Source of the DNA: Candidatus Latescibacterota bacterium
GTDB lineage: Bacteria > Latescibacterota > UBA2968 > UBA8231
Direction: 5' to 3'
Length of the DNA: 64,000 bases
Assembly (NCBI GenBank): GCA_965208105.1
Contig: OZ242318.1
Location: 4,160,001-4,224,000, forward strand
This document shows positions 1 to 10,091 of this stretch, piece by piece (the stretch's first letter is position 1; every line of letters begins with the position of its first letter). Under the pieces are notes generated by a model that was not told the DNA's origin, ran no database searches, and was given only the letters and a program-made list of their open reading frames with translations. The translations under genes and the position numbers were made by a program.

Positions 1-2
1 TG

Positions 3-554
3 GCCTTCGCCGCCATAAAGAACAACGACCGCGTGGGACTCCTGATTTTCACGGACGAGGTGGAGGTCTTCATCGCGCCCAAGAAGGGGCGGAAGCACGT
101 CCTGAGGGTAATTCGCGAGTTGCTCTACTTCCAACCCCGCGGCGGCGGCACCGATATCACCGCCGCCCTCGAGTATCTGAACCGCGTAATCCACCGCCGC
201 AGCGTGGTTTTTCTCATTACCGATTTCATGGACGCCGACTACGAGCGCGCCTTGCAATTGGTGCGGCGGCGCCACGACCTGATCGGCATCGCCATCGTGG
301 ACCCGCGCGAACGCGAATTGCCGGATGTGGGATTCATATCCCTGCGCGACGCCGAGAGCGGGGAGCAGGTCCTGGTCGACACCCGCAACACCGAGCTGAG
401 GAGGACATTCGCCAGGTGCCAGGAAGCTGCGCAGCGCAGGCGTGCCGAGCTCTTCGGCAAATTGGCCATCGACGAAATCAGGGTGGATGTTTCCCAACCG
501 TATATCGAACCGCTGGTCCACTTCTTCCAGAGTCGGATACGGCGAAAGTACTGA
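3..554 (+). CDS. DUF58 family protein (MoxR-associated), 5'-truncated by the window edge
   Basis: NDRVGL..FTD, GTD...AL..L, VFLITDF, HD.I.I...DPRE..LP..G.I.L.DAE.G motifs; lies upstream of bat genes. Confidence 0.85.
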   Translation, partial: AFAAIKNNDRVGLLIFTDEVEVFIAPKKGRKHVLRVIRELLYFQPRGGGTDITAALEYLNRVIHRRSVVFLITDFMDADYERALQLVRRRHDLIGIAIVDPRERELPDVGFISLRDAESGEQVLVDTRNTELRRTFARCQEAAQRRRAELFGKLAIDEIRVDVSQPYIEPLVHFFQSRIRRKY

Positions 555-620
555 GAGCCGGGGCCGGAATGCCCTCGCGGTTTGGCGGGGCAGTGGCTCG
601 AGCAAAAAGGAGGCGTTTTT

Positions 621-1568
621 GTGATTGAAGTCAGCGAGCTGTCCAAATATTACGGCGATGTCGCCGCCGTGGAAGACATTTCGTTCAGAGTGGAGGAAGG
701 AGAAATCCTGGGATTCCTGGGACCGAATGGAGCCGGCAAGACCACCACCATGCGAATGCTCACCTGCTATTTGCCGCCTTCCAGCGGCAGCGCGACCATT
801 GCCGGCTATGACGTGGTGGAGGAATCTATGGAGGTGCGCCGGCGCATCGGCTATCTGCCCGAGCATCCTCCCCTCTATACCGACATGACCGTACGCGCCT
901 ACCTGAACTTCGTGGCCAGGATAAAGGGATTGCCCACTGCCCACCTGAAAGGACGGATAGGCGAGGTCATGGAGAAGACCGGGATCACCGCTGTTCAGGA
1001 CACGGTGATCGGGCACCTCTCCAAGGGGTTCCGGCAGCGGGTGGGGCTTTCCCAGGCCCTGGTCCACAACCCCGACGTCCTGATTCTGGATGAGCCGACG
1101 GTGGGCCTCGACCCCAAGCAGATCATCGAGATCCGCGAAACCATCAAGGGATTGGCGGGAGACCATACGGTGATCCTGAGCACCCACATCCTGCCCGAGG
1201 TCAGCGTCACTTGCGAGAAGGTTGCCATAATCAACAATGGACGCATCGCCGGAGAAGGAACGCCTGAAAGCCTGATGGCGAAATTGAAGGAAGGGGAGGT
1301 CCTTCGCGCCCAGATTACCGGCCCCTCGGATCAGGTCATGGAGTTGATCGGGGCCATCGACGGAGTGCTGGATGTCTCCCTTGAAAGTGGGGGCCGGGAA
1401 GACGGCGAACAGGTTTACCTCGTCACTGCCAGCCCCGGACGGGACGTGCGCGACGACCTCGCCCGCAAGGTGGTGGACAGCGACCTGGGCCTGCGCGAGC
1501 TGAGACCGCTCGAGATGACCCTCGAAGACATATTCCTGCGGCTGACAACAGAGGAGGTGGATGCCTAG
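621..1568 (+). CDS. ABC transporter ATP-binding protein (GldA-like)
   Basis: Walker A GPNGAGKTT, signature LSKGFRQ, Walker B ILDEPT; GTG start after AGGAGG at 608-613. Confidence 0.9.
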   Translation: MIEVSELSKYYGDVAAVEDISFRVEEGEILGFLGPNGAGKTTTMRMLTCYLPPSSGSATIAGYDVVEESMEVRRRIGYLPEHPPLYTDMTVRAYLNFVARIKGLPTAHLKGRIGEVMEKTGITAVQDTVIGHLSKGFRQRVGLSQALVHNPDVLILDEPTVGLDPKQIIEIRETIKGLAGDHTVILSTHILPEVSVTCEKVAIINNGRIAGEGTPESLMAKLKEGEVLRAQITGPSDQVMELIGAIDGVLDVSLESGGREDGEQVYLVTASPGRDVRDDLARKVVDSDLGLRELRPLEMTLEDIFLRLTTEEVDA

Positions 1569-2354
1569 ATGCGCAATTTCTTAGCCATATACAACAAGGA
1601 GATGCGGTCCTACTTTGTTTCGCCCGTAGCCTACGTGATCGCCGGGGTATTCCTCTTCCTCTCCGGTTATCTGTTCCGCAACATTCTCATGCAGTTCAAC
1701 ATGCTGAGCATTCAGCTCATCCAGCAGCAGGCCCGCTTCAGAGACATGACCATGCCGACCCTGAACGTCAACGAGATGGTGGTCTCCCAGTTTTTCGGGG
1801 TGATGGACTTCATCTGGCTGCTGGTCGTGCCCATGCTGACCATGCGGCTGTTTGCCGAAGAAAAGAAGAGCGGCACCATCGAGCTTCTCATGACCTCGCC
1901 CATCACCACGGTTCAGGTGATCCTGGGCAAGTTCTTCGCCTGTCTCAGCCTGTATGTTCTGATCGTCGCAATGACCCTGGTATACTGCGGTATCCTGGAG
2001 CTCTACAGCAAGCCGGACTGGGGCCCCATCTTTTCGGGCTACCTGGGGTACATTCTGCTGGGTGGCGCCTTCATTACGGTGGGCATCCTGGCCTCTGCCC
2101 TGACCGAAAACCAGGTGGTGGCAGTGCTTTTGTCCTTCGGCATGCTGCTGCTCCTGTGGCTGATCGACTGGTCGGCCAGCTTCGCCGGTCCCACGGCCGC
2201 CAGGATACTCGAGTACCTTTCCTTCATCCGCCATCTCCAGGATTTTCAGCGCGGCGTCATCGATACCAAGGACGTGGTCTTCTACCTCAGTTTCATATTC
2301 TTCGGTTTGTTCCTGACCAGCCGGGTAATCGAGTCGAGAAGATGGAGGCGCTAG
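1569..2354 (+). CDS. ABC-2 type permease (GldF-like)
   Basis: KE.RSYF.SP.AY, P.LTMRLFAEEK.SGT.ELL.T.P, F.RG.ID..D..FY motifs; multiple TM helices. Confidence 0.88.
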   Translation: MRNFLAIYNKEMRSYFVSPVAYVIAGVFLFLSGYLFRNILMQFNMLSIQLIQQQARFRDMTMPTLNVNEMVVSQFFGVMDFIWLLVVPMLTMRLFAEEKKSGTIELLMTSPITTVQVILGKFFACLSLYVLIVAMTLVYCGILELYSKPDWGPIFSGYLGYILLGGAFITVGILASALTENQVVAVLLSFGMLLLLWLIDWSASFAGPTAARILEYLSFIRHLQDFQRGVIDTKDVVFYLSFIFFGLFLTSRVIESRRWRR

Positions 2355-2355
2355 C

Positions 2356-5300
2356 ATGAAGCCCTATACGATTCCCCTCAGCCTGGCAGGCGCAGCCCTG
2401 ATCGCCGCCGGCGGGTTGGCCTATCTGATCCAGCCGGAGGCGGGAGTCGTCCCCGCGGTCAACATGGCCGTGGGCGCGGCAATGGTGGTGGCGGCAGGAG
2501 TAATCAACCCCGATCTCTTCAGGCACTACGGCCGCTGGCTCAACGCCTTTTGGGGAGGCATCATGGTCCTGGGCATCACCGTCATGGTGAACTTCCTGGC
2601 CGATCGCTATCCCCAGCGCCTCGACGTAACCGCCGGCAAGCTGCACAGCCTGGCGGATTTGACGGTGGAGACCCTGGAGTCGATGGAGAAGGAGGTTCGC
2701 GTTCTCGCCTTCGTGGAAAAAGGGGAAGACCAGGACCTCGAGAGCCTGTTGAAAGGCTACGGCGTCCACAGCTCACTCTTCAGCTTCGAGCTCGTCGATC
2801 CGGACAGGGAGCCTGAGCGGACCCAGAGATACGGAGTTCAGCGTTACAACACCCTGGTGATAGAAACCGACGACAAGCGGCAGATGATCGAGGAGAAGGA
2901 GGAAAAGGAGATAACCAGTGCCCTGTTGAAGGCCCTGCGCGACCGCAGCGAGGTGGTCTATCTCACCGTGGGTCACGGGGAGGCAGGGTCGGAGGGGGAT
3001 GGACGCGCCCTGGGAACGCTCAGGCAGCGCCTTGAAGAGATCGACTATGCACTCAGGGATTCCCTGTTTCTCGGCCACGCCGGAGAGGTGCCCCGCGATT
3101 GTGCCGTTTTGATGATCGCGGGGCCGCGCTTCCCGTTTCTCGATCCCGAAGTGGACGCAGTGCGCAGCTACCTGGAAAGGGGGGGATCGGTCATAGCATT
3201 TCTGGATCCCCTCTATGAAAGTGGCCTGGAGGGCCTGCTGAAGGAGTGGGGAGTGGAGGTAGGATCGGATTTCGTCATCGACACAAGCGGCATCGGCAGC
3301 CTTTTCGGCCTCGACATGACCGCTCCGGTGGCCATGAGCTACGGCGACCATCCGATCACCCGGAAACACCCGGGCGTCATGACCGCCTTCCACTTGGCGC
3401 GATCGGTGCAGCTTGCGGCGGCGCAGGAGGAGGGATTCGAAGGAGTGGAGCTGGTAGAGACCAGCGAACAGGGATGGGCCGAAACGGATTTGAGCGTGCT
3501 CAATACCAGGGGAAAGAGAACGGTCAGGCTCGACGAGGGAGTCGACCGCAAAGGTCCCGTCGCGCTGGGGGTCGCGGTGAGCGCCCCTGACCGGTCCGGT
3601 GCAGAAGGGGGCCGCCTGGTGGTCTTCGGAGACTCCGACTTTGCCACGGATTCCTACTTCGCCTACCAGGGGAACGGCGATCTGGTGCTCAACACCTTGA
3701 GCTGGCTGGCCTCCGACGAAAGCCTGATCTCCATCCGCCCGCGGGAGGCCGGGCACAGTCCCATCGCCCTAACCGAGAGGCAGGGTGACTGGATCTTCTG
3801 GGTCACGGTTGTATTGATGCCGGCGGCAGTCGCCCTCCTGGGGATTTTCATCGTATCTCGCAAGGGCCGGTGGAGCCTGGCCGACCTGGCCACCGCCGGA
3901 CTCGGCCTGGTCATTGCCCTTTTCGCCGTCGGCCTGGTGAATTTTGTCGGCAATAGCTACCACCTGCGCATCGACCTGACCAAGGAGGGCCTGTTTTCCC
4001 TTGCCGAGGAGACCAGGGATCTTCTCGAAGGGCTGGGGGAGGACGACCAGCGCGTCTCGGTAAAGGCGTTCATGACCGAGTTCGAAGCCGGGCGCTTCGA
4101 GAATCTGCTCCGGGAATACGGGTATGCCTCGAAGAATTTCGACTACGAAATTCTCGATCCGCAAAAGAACGCCCTGGAAGTGAAGCAATACGGGGTCCGC
4201 GAGATGGGCACTTCCGTCGTCGAGGTGAGCGGAGACGGCCGCGTTCGCGCGGAGCGCATCACGGAGCAGAGCGAAGAGGCCCTGAGCAACGCCATTCTGA
4301 AGGCGCTCAACGCAAGGGAACAGAAGGCCTACTTCAGCGGGGGTCACCAGGAGGGCGATCTCGACCTGGTGGACGGCGAAGGCTACAGCATGCTGAAGGG
4401 CCGCCTCGAGGAGATGAACTTCGAGGTGTTCGACAGCCTGCGCGTCGAGGAGGGGATTCCATCCGATGCCACCCTGCTGGTCGTCCTGTCTCCCCGGACC
4501 CCGTTCAGCAGGGCCGCCGCCGACTCGGTCTTCAGCTATCTGCTGCGCGGCAAGAAGGCTCTGCTCCTCCTCGACCCCGGTTCCAGGACCGGCTTCGAGA
4601 GGATGTTGTTCACCTACCAGATCGAGCTGGGACAGAATTTTGTGGTCGACTTGAGCGGGCTCGGCCAGTTCTTCGGTGCCGATGTCTCCGTGCCGGTTGT
4701 GGTCGAGTACGGAGACCACCCCATAACCGAAAAGATCCCGCAGAGGGGCATGAGTTTCTTCCCTTTGGCGCGCTCTCTGAACAGGATGCCGTTCATGCGC
4801 CAGATGGCCGGGCCCACCCGGCCCCGGGTCACACCGCTGGCCGTGACCCACAAAAGCAGTTGGGGCGAGAAGGACCTGAGCCCCATCCAGGGCGGGGACG
4901 GCAAGGTTGAATTCAACGAAGGCGAGGATACCAGGGGACCCCTGGTTCTGGCCGCGGCGGTGGAGGCCGAACCAGATACCAGCGTGCACAGCGGGGAGAA
5001 AACCCGGTTCGTAGTCTTCGGCGACGCAGATTTTGCGCGCAACCAGTACTTCGGGCAGCAGGTAAACGGGGAGTTGCTCATGAGCAGCGTCTCCTGGCTG
5101 AGCGAGCGTGAAGACAAGCTCACCATTCCGCCCCGGGAGCCGACGCACACGCCGATCACCTTCTACGGCAACCAGGGAGCGCTACTGGTCTGGGCATCCG
5201 TATTCGTGCTGCCATTCGCGGTCGCGCTTTCAGGCATGGTCATCGTCCTGCGCCGGGGCTATGAGAGCTACGCCAGCGGCTTTCTTTCCTGGCTGATGTA

Positions 5301-5619
5301 CAACTTCAGCGCTGCGGCCGTCTTCTTCTTCGTCCTTGCCGTCATCGGAGCCAGCGAGGGGGACGTAGCCAGCGGTGAGGGCTACCTGCTGCTGTCTCTG
5401 GTCACCGCCGCCATCGGATACGGACTCTACCGCCGTGCGCCGTGGGTCTGGGCATGGGCCCTGGCTCTGGCTGTCCTCCACGCAGGGCTGGGGTTCCTGG
5501 CCATTCCCAACGACACCATTCAGCTTCTCTACGCTGCGCTGTTCACGGTCAATGCCGCGATTCTGGTGTGGATCAGAGATGCCTTTCGCATCCATGGAGA
5601 CAGGGAGGTTGCAGCTTAA
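2356..5619 (+). CDS. GldG-like ABC auxiliary protein with two tandem GldG modules
   Basis: The motif series D.T....SL...T, DP.......YGV, GH.E, G..FV.D.SG.G..FG.D...PV...YGDHPIT, VVFGD.DFA, N..L......WL occurs twice, separated by TM helices. Confidence 0.85.
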   Translation: MKPYTIPLSLAGAALIAAGGLAYLIQPEAGVVPAVNMAVGAAMVVAAGVINPDLFRHYGRWLNAFWGGIMVLGITVMVNFLADRYPQRLDVTAGKLHSLADLTVETLESMEKEVRVLAFVEKGEDQDLESLLKGYGVHSSLFSFELVDPDREPERTQRYGVQRYNTLVIETDDKRQMIEEKEEKEITSALLKALRDRSEVVYLTVGHGEAGSEGDGRALGTLRQRLEEIDYALRDSLFLGHAGEVPRDCAVLMIAGPRFPFLDPEVDAVRSYLERGGSVIAFLDPLYESGLEGLLKEWGVEVGSDFVIDTSGIGSLFGLDMTAPVAMSYGDHPITRKHPGVMTAFHLARSVQLAAAQEEGFEGVELVETSEQGWAETDLSVLNTRGKRTVRLDEGVDRKGPVALGVAVSAPDRSGAEGGRLVVFGDSDFATDSYFAYQGNGDLVLNTLSWLASDESLISIRPREAGHSPIALTERQGDWIFWVTVVLMPAAVALLGIFIVSRKGRWSLADLATAGLGLVIALFAVGLVNFVGNSYHLRIDLTKEGLFSLAEETRDLLEGLGEDDQRVSVKAFMTEFEAGRFENLLREYGYASKNFDYEILDPQKNALEVKQYGVREMGTSVVEVSGDGRVRAERITEQSEEALSNAILKALNAREQKAYFSGGHQEGDLDLVDGEGYSMLKGRLEEMNFEVFDSLRVEEGIPSDATLLVVLSPRTPFSRAAADSVFSYLLRGKKALLLLDPGSRTGFERMLFTYQIELGQNFVVDLSGLGQFFGADVSVPVVVEYGDHPITEKIPQRGMSFFPLARSLNRMPFMRQMAGPTRPRVTPLAVTHKSSWGEKDLSPIQGGDGKVEFNEGEDTRGPLVLAAAVEAEPDTSVHSGEKTRFVVFGDADFARNQYFGQQVNGELLMSSVSWLSEREDKLTIPPREPTHTPITFYGNQGALLVWASVFVLPFAVALSGMVIVLRRGYESYASGFLSWLMYNFSAAAVFFFVLAVIGASEGDVASGEGYLLLSLVTAAIGYGLYRRAPWVWAWALALAVLHAGLGFLAIPNDTIQLLYAALFTVNAAILVWIRDAFRIHGDREVAA

Positions 5620-7062
5620 ATGAAGTTCAAAACCAATGCGATAATCGCCCTGGTATTCGCCGGTCTGCTCGCCTTCGTCTATTGGTACGAGATCAAGGGC
5701 GGGGAAGAACGCCAGGTGGCCGAGGAAAAGGCCGGGATGGTCCTGGATTTCGGGGCTGACGAGGCGGTGAGACTCGTCCTCGACCGCGGCGACACCCTGA
5801 TCGTTCTTGAGAAGCGCGACTCCTGGGTCTTGACCGAGCCCATCGAAAGCGCGACCGACGAGGACGCGGTGGAGCGCTACATCGACGACCTGGCCAGGTG
5901 CCGGCGCGAGCGCGTGGTCGAGGACAGCGCCAGCGCCACCGACTATCCCGATGCGGCCGCCAGGTACCGGTTGGACGATCCGCGTCTCAAGGTGCTGGTG
6001 GAAACCGGAGAAGGGGAGCAGGACACCCTCTTTTTCGGAGCCGAGAGTCCCACTGGAAGCTACGTTTTCGCCAGCCGAAGCGGACCGAACCCCGAAATCT
6101 TCACCATGCGCACCTTTTACTTCAACAGCCTGAGCAAAGGGGTGTTCGACCTGCGCGACCGCCGGGTTCTTCCCTTCGAAAAGAAGGAGGTGCAGGAAAT
6201 CCGCCTGGCGCGTCCGGAAGGGCGGATCGTCCTCGAGCGTCGTGGCAGGAAGGACTGGTACATGCGGGTGCCGGCACAGGTTCCCGTGGACGAGGACGCG
6301 GTGGAAGAGATATTGACCCGGCTCCACAACGCCAGGGTCGATACCTTCGTCGCGGAGCGGCCCGACGACGAGGCCAGGACGCGGTACGGCCTCGCCGGCA
6401 TCGTGAATCTGGAGGTGTCCCTGCTGCTCGGTGCGGAGCACACGGAGAAGCGTCTGCGCCTCGGCGCGGCACGCGATCGGCACCGCAACTATGCCATGGA
6501 TTTGAGCCGTTCTCCCATCTTCCTGGTCGATACGACCCTGGTGCGCCCGTTGCAGCAGCAGGCCAAAGACCTGCGCGACCGAAAGCCCCTGGAGTTCAAC
6601 CGCGACGAGGTCGTCCGAATCGAGATCCGCGGAGCGGAGACTCTGGCCGCTGAGAAGGACACGACCGGGGCATGGATGCTCGTCGAGCCCGAGGTTCGCG
6701 CGACCCGATCGTGGAAATTCAACAACCTCATGACCGACCTCGAAGAAGTGGAGGTCGAGGAGTTTGTCGCGGATCAGGTCGAGGACATGGGTGCCTACGG
6801 GCTCGCCTCGCCCGGGTTGAGGCTGAAGCTGATGGGGGAGGAAGGAGAAGACTTGCTGGAGGTTCACCTTGGCGCGCAAAAGGACGACATGGTCCACCTT
6901 ACCAAGGTGGGAGTGCCTTCGGTATACCTGGTGAGCGAGTATGTTCTGCAGGATCTGGGTCTGGAGGTGGACGACGTGGTTGAACTTGCCGGGTTGGACG
7001 ACTCCGACGAAGCCGGCGATGCGGACGAAGCTGAGGACCCCGAAGACCCCGATGGACCGTGA
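5620..7062 (+). CDS. DUF4340 repeat membrane-anchored protein
   Basis: N-terminal TM; three repeats of W....P, Y.L..P, G......Y, DLRDR; follows the GldG-like gene. Confidence 0.75.
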   Translation: MKFKTNAIIALVFAGLLAFVYWYEIKGGEERQVAEEKAGMVLDFGADEAVRLVLDRGDTLIVLEKRDSWVLTEPIESATDEDAVERYIDDLARCRRERVVEDSASATDYPDAAARYRLDDPRLKVLVETGEGEQDTLFFGAESPTGSYVFASRSGPNPEIFTMRTFYFNSLSKGVFDLRDRRVLPFEKKEVQEIRLARPEGRIVLERRGRKDWYMRVPAQVPVDEDAVEEILTRLHNARVDTFVAERPDDEARTRYGLAGIVNLEVSLLLGAEHTEKRLRLGAARDRHRNYAMDLSRSPIFLVDTTLVRPLQQQAKDLRDRKPLEFNRDEVVRIEIRGAETLAAEKDTTGAWMLVEPEVRATRSWKFNNLMTDLEEVEVEEFVADQVEDMGAYGLASPGLRLKLMGEEGEDLLEVHLGAQKDDMVHLTKVGVPSVYLVSEYVLQDLGLEVDDVVELAGLDDSDEAGDADEAEDPEDPDGP

Positions 7063-8048
7063 ATCCGAGTTTGCCTCTCTTCCTGGCATTGTGGCTGAAC
7101 GGTCAGGTCCTGGCGGCAGTCCTGCCGGCGGTGGAGGCTCGAGTCGATACCGCCAGGGTCACCTTGGGAGATCCCGTCGAGCTGACTTTGAGGCTTCGCC
7201 ACCGCTCTTCGGAGAAGCCCGCCCTGCCTCCGGTGGCCAGGATCCTGCCTGGCTTTTTTTCGAGGCTGGAGGCGGGCGGCGGGTCCGAGACCGTGGATGG
7301 CGGGATTGAGCGGGTCTGGCGCTATGAACTGCGATTCTACTCACTCGGGCTGCAGCGAATTCCGCCGCTGCCGGTGACCTTCATCCAGACCTCCGGCGAT
7401 ACCCTGGTCCGCGCCACCGAGCCCCTCGAGATCGAGGTGGTCAGCGTGCGCCGGGAAGGGGAGGAGGTTGAGCTGGGGGATATTCGGCCTCCGGTGGGAA
7501 TCCCCGGCGGGGTGCCCCTGTGGCTGGCCGCAATGCTGGCGGCGCTGCTGCTGGTGGCGCTGGCCGCCGCGGTCTACTGGTTGTTGCAGCGTCCCTCCCG
7601 CAAGGGGGAAGAGGCGCCTGCTGTCGCCCCGACCGACTTTGCGGCGGAATTTTCCCGCATTGCGGCCATGGGCCTGCTGGAACGCGGAGAATTCAAGCGA
7701 TACTACTCCCTGCTTTCGGAAAATATGCGGCGGTATCTCGAAGCCGAGCTGCAGGTGGAAGCCATGGAGCGCACTACGGACGAGATTGCATCGGCGCTCC
7801 GGCGAATCGGCCTCGAGGATGGGGCAAGGACCGATCTGGAGGAGTATTTGCGGGCAGCCGACATGGTGAAGTTCGCCTGCTTTTCCCCGGAGATCGCCAG
7901 TGCGCGCCGGGCACCCGCCTCGGGTGCCACCATAGTGAGGGCGGTGGAAGCTGCAATGCAGGCCGGCGCCGAGCCACGGGCTTTTCCGGATGATTCAGGT
8001 GAACCCTCCGCAGCCTCGGTGCCCTCCCGGGCGCCGTCTCAGTCGTGA
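7059..8048 (+). CDS. Bat-operon membrane protein (BatD-like Ig domain + TM, DUF4381-like)
   Basis: Signal peptide, V.LGDPV.L.L, DI.PP..IP then TM, YY..LS...R.YLE, A.E.TT.EI, AD.VKFA. Confidence 0.7.
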   Translation: MNPSLPLFLALWLNGQVLAAVLPAVEARVDTARVTLGDPVELTLRLRHRSSEKPALPPVARILPGFFSRLEAGGGSETVDGGIERVWRYELRFYSLGLQRIPPLPVTFIQTSGDTLVRATEPLEIEVVSVRREGEEVELGDIRPPVGIPGGVPLWLAAMLAALLLVALAAAVYWLLQRPSRKGEEAPAVAPTDFAAEFSRIAAMGLLERGEFKRYYSLLSENMRRYLEAELQVEAMERTTDEIASALRRIGLEDGARTDLEEYLRAADMVKFACFSPEIASARRAPASGATIVRAVEAAMQAGAEPRAFPDDSGEPSAASVPSRAPSQS

Positions 8049-9049
8049 TTCACTTCGAGTCTCCCCATTGGCTCTGGCTGCTTCTGGCGCTGCCTCTGCT
8101 GGTTTTTCGCTATGTGCGTGAAGAGCGGGGAGAAAAGGGCAGCGTCCGCTTCGCCGACCTGGGCGTCCTGCGGCAGTTGCGGCCCACCCTGTGGACTCGC
8201 CTGCGCCACATCCTCATCGTGCTCAAGGTGGCGGCCCTCGGTTGCTTGGTGGTGGCCATGGGGCGGCCGCAATCGGGACTGGAGAGCCGCGAAATATCCT
8301 CCGAGGGCATCGACATCATGCTGACTCTGGACGTGTCGCGGAGCATGGAGCACAGGGACCTCGCCCAGGCCGAGAAGAGCAGGTTGCAGGTGGCCAAGGA
8401 GGTGGTCGCCGACTTCGCCAGCGGACGCCAGACAGACCGCATGGGGGTGGTTGTCTTCGCGGGTGAGAGTTTCACCCAGTGTCCCCTGACCCTCGACCAT
8501 TCCCTGCTTCTCGACTTTCTGGACGGCGTGGAGATCCCGGCCAAACAGACCCGCCATGCCGATTGGCACGACTCCACCGCCATTGGCATGGCCTTGATCA
8601 ACGCCTGCAACCGCCTGCGCCGCTCGGAGGCCGAAAGCAAGGTCATCATTCTCCTCACCGATGGTGAGAACAACGCGGGCGAGATCGAGCCTCTGACCGC
8701 GGCGGACGTTGCGGCGGCCGTCGGGATCCGGGTATACACCATCGGGGTCGGCGCCTCGGACCAGTCCCGGCAGGGCCTTTTTTCCAGGCTGAATCAGAGG
8801 GCGCCCCAAATCGACGAGGAGACTCTCAGGGAAGTGGCCGGGCGCACCGGAGGGAAGTACTACCGGGCGACCAGCGAGGAGAAACTAAAGGAGATCTACC
8901 GGGAGATAGGCGAACTGGAGACCACCGAGATAAAGACGGAGATCAAGGTGGACTACGCGGACCGCTTCCCCGCATTCCTGTGGTTCGGACTTGCGCTGCT
9001 GCTCGCAGGGGTAGCTCTGGCCAACACCCGTTTTCGCAGCATTCCCTGA
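8045..9049 (+). CDS. batA: BatA vWA domain protein
   Basis: F..P..L.LL N-terminus, GIDI.L.LDVS.SM (MIDAS), TAIG, LLTDGENNAG, IDE..L..VA..TGG.YYRA. Confidence 0.85.
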   Translation: MIHFESPHWLWLLLALPLLVFRYVREERGEKGSVRFADLGVLRQLRPTLWTRLRHILIVLKVAALGCLVVAMGRPQSGLESREISSEGIDIMLTLDVSRSMEHRDLAQAEKSRLQVAKEVVADFASGRQTDRMGVVVFAGESFTQCPLTLDHSLLLDFLDGVEIPAKQTRHADWHDSTAIGMALINACNRLRRSEAESKVIILLTDGENNAGEIEPLTAADVAAAVGIRVYTIGVGASDQSRQGLFSRLNQRAPQIDEETLREVAGRTGGKYYRATSEEKLKEIYREIGELETTEIKTEIKVDYADRFPAFLWFGLALLLAGVALANTRFRSIP

Positions 9050-9065
9050 CCCCGGGACCGGGACC

Positions 9066-10091
9066 ATGCACTTCGGCTCGCCGCAAAACTTCTGGCTGCT
9101 CCTGCTCGTTCCTCTTCTGGGGTGCTTCCTAGCCTGGGCAATCTCACGCAAGCGCCGCGCCCTCGAGCGCTTCGTCAGCTCGGAACTGTCCGCCAAGCTG
9201 ACCCGGAACCTCAGCCGCGGCCGGCAGTCGTGGAAATGCGCCTTCCTGGTGGTGGGAGTGCTGTTTCTGGTACTTGCCCTGACTGCCCCTCAATTCGGCG
9301 CCAAGCTCGCAATGGCGCAGCGCAAGGGAGTGGACGTGGTAATGGTGCTGGACGTGTCGCGCAGCATGCTCGCCCGCGACGTCAAGCCCAGCAGGCTGCA
9401 GCGCGCCAAGTACCAGGTCGGCCGGCTGATGGAGCGCCTGCAGGGCGACCGGGTGGGGCTGGTCGTCTTTGCCGGAGAGGCCCGCGTCCGGTGTCCCCTG
9501 ACCCTTGACCACGAAGTGTTGCGGACCTTCCTCGATGTGGTCGACACCAGGGCCATCCCGGTGCAGGGAACGGCCATCGGGGACGCGCTTGTCCTGGCGG
9601 CAAGCTGCTTCGAGGAAGGTGAGCGCCGCCACAAGGCCGTGGTACTATTCACCGATGGCGAGGAGCACGTGGGCCGGCCCCTAGAAGCGGGGGAGAGCAT
9701 CGCCGCGGAAGGGGTGCGGGTTTTTGCCGTGGGAATGGGGACCGAGGGGGGTGAATTGATCCCGGGGCAGGACGTGGAAGAAGATCTTAATTATCACAAG
9801 GACGCGTCCGGGCAGTACGTCAAGACGCGGCTGGACGAGCCCATGCTCGAGCAGATTGCCCTGAGCACCGGGGGCGATTATTTCCGCAGCAGCCTGGGAG
9901 GAGGAGAGCTGGACGCCCTGCATGAGCAGATTGCCGGAATGGACGAAAAGGAATTCGGGTCCCTGCGCTTCACCAGCTACGAGGAGCGCTTTCAGATTCC
10001 GCTGCTGTTTGCTCTGCTCTGCTTCCTGGCCGAGGCCTGGATTTCGGACAGAAGCCGCCGCAAGGGACAATGGCGGGGGCGTTTCACATGA
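9066..10091 (+). CDS. batB: BatB vWA domain protein
   Basis: LDVSRSM.A.DV.PSRL..AK, PLT.D, QGTAIG.AL, FTDGE.H, G.GT..G..IP. Confidence 0.85.
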   Translation: MHFGSPQNFWLLLLVPLLGCFLAWAISRKRRALERFVSSELSAKLTRNLSRGRQSWKCAFLVVGVLFLVLALTAPQFGAKLAMAQRKGVDVVMVLDVSRSMLARDVKPSRLQRAKYQVGRLMERLQGDRVGLVVFAGEARVRCPLTLDHEVLRTFLDVVDTRAIPVQGTAIGDALVLAASCFEEGERRHKAVVLFTDGEEHVGRPLEAGESIAAEGVRVFAVGMGTEGGELIPGQDVEEDLNYHKDASGQYVKTRLDEPMLEQIALSTGGDYFRSSLGGGELDALHEQIAGMDEKEFGSLRFTSYEERFQIPLLFALLCFLAEAWISDRSRRKGQWRGRFT

